Shown: piece after piece, positions 61,280 to 64,000 of the stretch | How positions within the stretch are numbered: position 1 is the stretch's first letter | Layout of the letters: every line of letters begins with the position of its first letter | DNA from: Candidatus Saccharimonadia bacterium | Lineage (GTDB): Bacteria; Patescibacteriota; Saccharimonadia; UBA4664 | Assembly (NCBI GenBank): GCA_035544015.1 | Contig: DATKIP010000012.1 | Coordinates: 99,483 to 163,482, forward strand | Reading direction: 5' to 3' | Length of the DNA stretch: 64,000 nt | Notes under the pieces: model-generated | The model's input: only the letters and a program-made list of their open reading frames with translations | Database searches by the model: none | What the model was told of the DNA's origin: nothing | Position numbers and translations under genes: made by a program

Positions 61280-61540
61280 TTAGCCATAAAACGCCTCCTT
61301 GAGCCGCCACTCCAGCGTCTCCGGATCGAGCTCCAGCCGAAAGGCCGTCTCGCCGGCCGAGAAGCTAAAGATATGCACCCGCTTCACTCCGCGCCGTTCC
61401 GGGTGGTACAAACCCATGGTCTCAAGCCGCCAGCGTCGACCCCGCCACTTCATGATGTGCGGCGTCACTCGCATCATTCCGCGCGGCCCCGGCGCAAACG
61501 ACGCCAGCACACTCACGATGTCGTCGCATTCTTCGCGCAT
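61280..61540 (-). CDS. Small protein, ImuB C-terminal/DUF6504-like
   Basis: V.V....P..MKWRGRRWRL..FS..FRLE..W.L pattern; AAGGAGG SD; upstream of Pol Y. Confidence 0.65.
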   Translation of the reverse strand: MREECDDIVSVLASFAPGPRGMMRVTPHIMKWRGRRWRLETMGLYHPERRGVKRVHIFSFSAGETAFRLELDPETLEWRLKEAFYG

Positions 61541-61562
61541 AACCGGCCTCCTTCGTCTTGAT

Positions 61563-61585
61563 ATTATACCGAACTAAAGCCGAAC
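61563..61585 (-). promoter_or_regulatory. GTTC-N7-GTTC box abutting TATAAT
   Basis: Minus strand GTTCGGCTTTAGTTCGG-TATAAT, 16/17 identical to the 58915 box. Confidence 0.8.
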
Positions 61586-61663
61586 GCAAGCATGAGCAAA
61601 GTCAGACCAACGCGCCAGGGGATTTCCCGCATATCGCAAAACTACCTATCACGCGAATACTAC

Positions 61664-62731
61664 TCAGCTGATAGGTAGTTTTGCGTGACGCATAAACACG
61701 GTCGGAATCACATCCGAGCTCGAAGTCTCACCCGTAAGTCCAAATCCATACCGCTCGTAGAAAGCGATCGCCCGCGCATTATACGAAGCCACCTCCACGC
61801 GCACCTCAGACACCCCCTCCAACCAACCCATCACCGCCTCCATCAGCCTATGCGCCGCTCCCGTGCCGTGATACCGCGACAGTATGTATAACGCCGTCAC
61901 CTCGCCGACACCATCCTCCCGGCGCTTACCGCAGCCAAATCCCACCACCCGGTGATCATCTTTGGCCACCACCACATACTCTTCATGATTGCCAATAATG
62001 TCGCGCCATTTAGCGATCCGCTCCGGCGATCGAAAGCCCTTCACCCGCTCCTCAATCGCCGCCCGAGGAATCCCCAGCGCCTCATTCGGATACGTCGCCA
62101 GCCACGCCTCATGCTGCACGGCCGCGATCCCCGCGGCATCATCCGGCACCGCCTGTGCCACGCCCACATACAATCCCCGCTCCCGAATGTACGCCAGCAC
62201 CCGCGGATCCAACTCACTCGGTCGCTCACCCGCCGCCAGCTGCCCCTGCACCACCCGCGACGACGCGGCCGCATGCTCCGCCACCTCAAACACCTGCACC
62301 TGCAGCCGCGAGTCCATCGCCGCCTCGGGCGCTCCAGCTCGCCGCGCCACCGCAAACCGCGCTCGCTCCAGCACCGGCTCCTGGTCTTCCCACCGCGCCA
62401 TCGCCGCCAGCACATCCGCCCCTACAATAAACACGAACTCGGTACCCGGATACGCCCCCGTCAGCCGATCAAAATCCGCCATCCGGTGGCGCACCACCCC
62501 CACATCATCGGGGTCACCCTCGCGCATCCGCCGCTCGCCCTCCAACGCCAGCTGCACCATCGCCACCCGGTCGGCCGCCGGCACCACCCCCGTCTTGTGA
62601 CCCGGAGCCGGATTCACCAGAAACCACACCTCGCGCAAATCACACGCACCCATCGCCGCCCGGGCCAGCGCCACGTGCCCCAAATGCACCGGGTCAAACG
62701 TTCCGGTCAGCAACCCCACCCGACGGCGCAC
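61664..62731 (-). CDS. NadD-like adenylyltransferase fused to a GNAT acetyltransferase
   Basis: GTFDPVHLGH, FIVGAD, W, YIRERGLY then AWLATY..VVGF..LYI..GTG..NARAIAFYERYGF. Confidence 0.85.
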   Translation of the reverse strand: MRRRVGLLTGTFDPVHLGHVALARAAMGACDLREVWFLVNPAPGHKTGVVPAADRVAMVQLALEGERRMREGDPDDVGVVRHRMADFDRLTGAYPGTEFVFIVGADVLAAMARWEDQEPVLERARFAVARRAGAPEAAMDSRLQVQVFEVAEHAAASSRVVQGQLAAGERPSELDPRVLAYIRERGLYVGVAQAVPDDAAGIAAVQHEAWLATYPNEALGIPRAAIEERVKGFRSPERIAKWRDIIGNHEEYVVVAKDDHRVVGFGCGKRREDGVGEVTALYILSRYHGTGAAHRLMEAVMGWLEGVSEVRVEVASYNARAIAFYERYGFGLTGETSSSDVIPTVFMRHAKLPIS

Positions 62732-62732
62732 G

Positions 62733-63383
62733 CTACACCCGCTCGGGTCGCACGCGGCTCACGATGAGGTCATAAATCTCTCTCGCCGCCTGCTCGCTTT
62801 TGCCGGTCTCATTGATCACCCATGTATAAAAACCCAATTCCTCAGCCCGCGCAATCTCCCGCCTAGCCTGATCGAGCCGGCGCTCAATCGAAGCCGCGTC
62901 GTTCGTGCCGCGCTTCTCGATCCGCCGCCGCAATTCCGCCAGATCGTCATCGAGCGAACCAGCCGTCGGCCGAATAAAAATAAACAGCTCATCGGGCAGC
63001 ACCTCATGCACAAACTCGGCCCCGTTCACCTCAATCTCCGTCATCACCGTCTCGCCCCCCCGCATATGCTCCAGAATCGGCTCGATCGGCGTACCGTAAC
63101 GCGCACCCTCGGTCAGCCCATTGGCCTCCAAAAACGCCCCCGCCCTCTCCTGAGCCTCAAATTCCTCCCGCGTCACAAAGGTGTACTTGTGGTGCAGCAC
63201 CTCGCCCGGCCGCGGCTGCCGCGTAGTAGTCGACACCGACAGCCACAATTTCTCATCGGCAAACCCCAGCATCTCGTCGATGACCTTGCCCTTACCGGCG
63301 CCCGCCGAGGGACCCGAAATAACCACCAAGCGACCCGGCAAGCCGTCAAACTTGCCCCTTAAGTTCTCGATGCGCATATCCAT
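62733..63383 (-). CDS. gmk: Guanylate kinase
   Basis: VISGPSAGAGKG, SVSTTTRQPRPGE, YGT, EIEVNGA, RIEKRG. Confidence 0.92.
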   Translation of the reverse strand: MDMRIENLRGKFDGLPGRLVVISGPSAGAGKGKVIDEMLGFADEKLWLSVSTTTRQPRPGEVLHHKYTFVTREEFEAQERAGAFLEANGLTEGARYGTPIEPILEHMRGGETVMTEIEVNGAEFVHEVLPDELFIFIRPTAGSLDDDLAELRRRIEKRGTNDAASIERRLDQARREIARAEELGFYTWVINETGKSEQAAREIYDLIVSRVRPERV

Positions 63384-63495
63384 TAGGCCGTATTTTAGTT
63401 GGGCCGCCCCAGCCTAGCAAGCCCCAAGTGCTTTTCCCCAATTTTGAAAAAGTTATCCCCTGGCAATTTTTATAGTCATATGACAACATATAGTC

Positions 63496-63939
63496 ATGAA
63501 ATGCCCGTTTTGCCGATCGAACCAAACCGAAGTCTACAACACCCGCACCACCAAATTCGGCACCCAGCTCTGGCGCCGGCGTCGCTGCCAGACCTGCCAC
63601 GAAGCCTTCACGACGTACGAAGCCGCCGACCTAGGATTCCTTCAAATCCGTGCCCGCAACGCCTCACACAGCCCCTACAGCCGCGCCAAGCTATACTCCG
63701 GCATCGCCGCCGCCTTTGAGACGCAGCCGGCCCCGCCCACCACCGTCGACGCCCTCACCGACACCGTCGAAAGCAAGCTTCTAGACCTAAAAAGCCCCGT
63801 GATCACCACGGAGCAAATTAGCGCTACCATTCTCACTACCCTGAGGCATTACGACACGCCGGCGTTTCTGCGGTATCTAGCCTCACACGCCGAGCTTCGC
63901 TCCAACGCCGAGCTCAAACGCCAGCTCAAAAACTACTAG
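63496..63939 (+). CDS. nrdR: Transcriptional repressor NrdR
   Basis: MKCPFC..RRRRC..C..FTTYE zinc ribbon plus ATP-cone ending AFLRYLA. Confidence 0.9.
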   Translation: MKCPFCRSNQTEVYNTRTTKFGTQLWRRRRCQTCHEAFTTYEAADLGFLQIRARNASHSPYSRAKLYSGIAAAFETQPAPPTTVDALTDTVESKLLDLKSPVITTEQISATILTTLRHYDTPAFLRYLASHAELRSNAELKRQLKNY

Positions 63940-63943
63940 CCGG

Positions 63944-64000
63944 CTACTTCTTGTCGCGACGATCCTTGTCACCTTCATTCTCTTCGGACACCACCACGGG
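63944..64000 (-). CDS. C-terminal end of a gene running out of the window
   Basis: Open frame PVVVSEENEGDKDRRDKK* convergent with nrdR. Confidence 0.45.
   Translation of the reverse strand, partial: PVVVSEENEGDKDRRDKK

Noticed and set aside
60841-61287. 148-aa minus-strand ORF bridging the small gene and Pol Y
   Set aside because: No recognisable motifs, and it is antisense to an ORF with promoter, SD-like element and terminator; not fully excluded because it overlaps both neighbours

Overview
Bacterial chromosome segment that reads as Patescibacteria/CPR, most likely Saccharibacteria. This is inferred from gene content and order, not from a database search. Housekeeping loci include smpB, guaB, tmRNA, infC-rpmI-rplT, RNase P RNA, dut, rpmB, murT-gatD, miaA, thrS, gmk, nrdR and three tRNAs. 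They are interleaved with envelope and glycosylation clusters, a trehalase/alpha-glucosidase/ROK cluster, actinobacterial-type iolG-iolE genes, three toxin-antitoxin loci, an IS630 that interrupts an orphan gene, and decayed cargo next to tmRNA and tRNA-Pro. Best candidates for undescribed biology: (1) a Thr-specific T-box riboswitch with an ultra-short Stem I upstream of thrS; (2) a small GIY-YIG gene between tRNA-Pro and a hairpin-modified duplicate of that tRNA's 5' half; (3) a three-promoter GTTC-N7-GTTC (SOS-like) regulon linking comM, a four-helix-bundle gene and an ImuB-C-like/Pol Y locus that is split by an antisense cassette; (4) an ORF-less promoter-terminator unit after smpB; (5) many leaderless core genes alongside self-contained orphan cassettes. 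Start codons are my best reading, and all product calls rest on motif recognition only.
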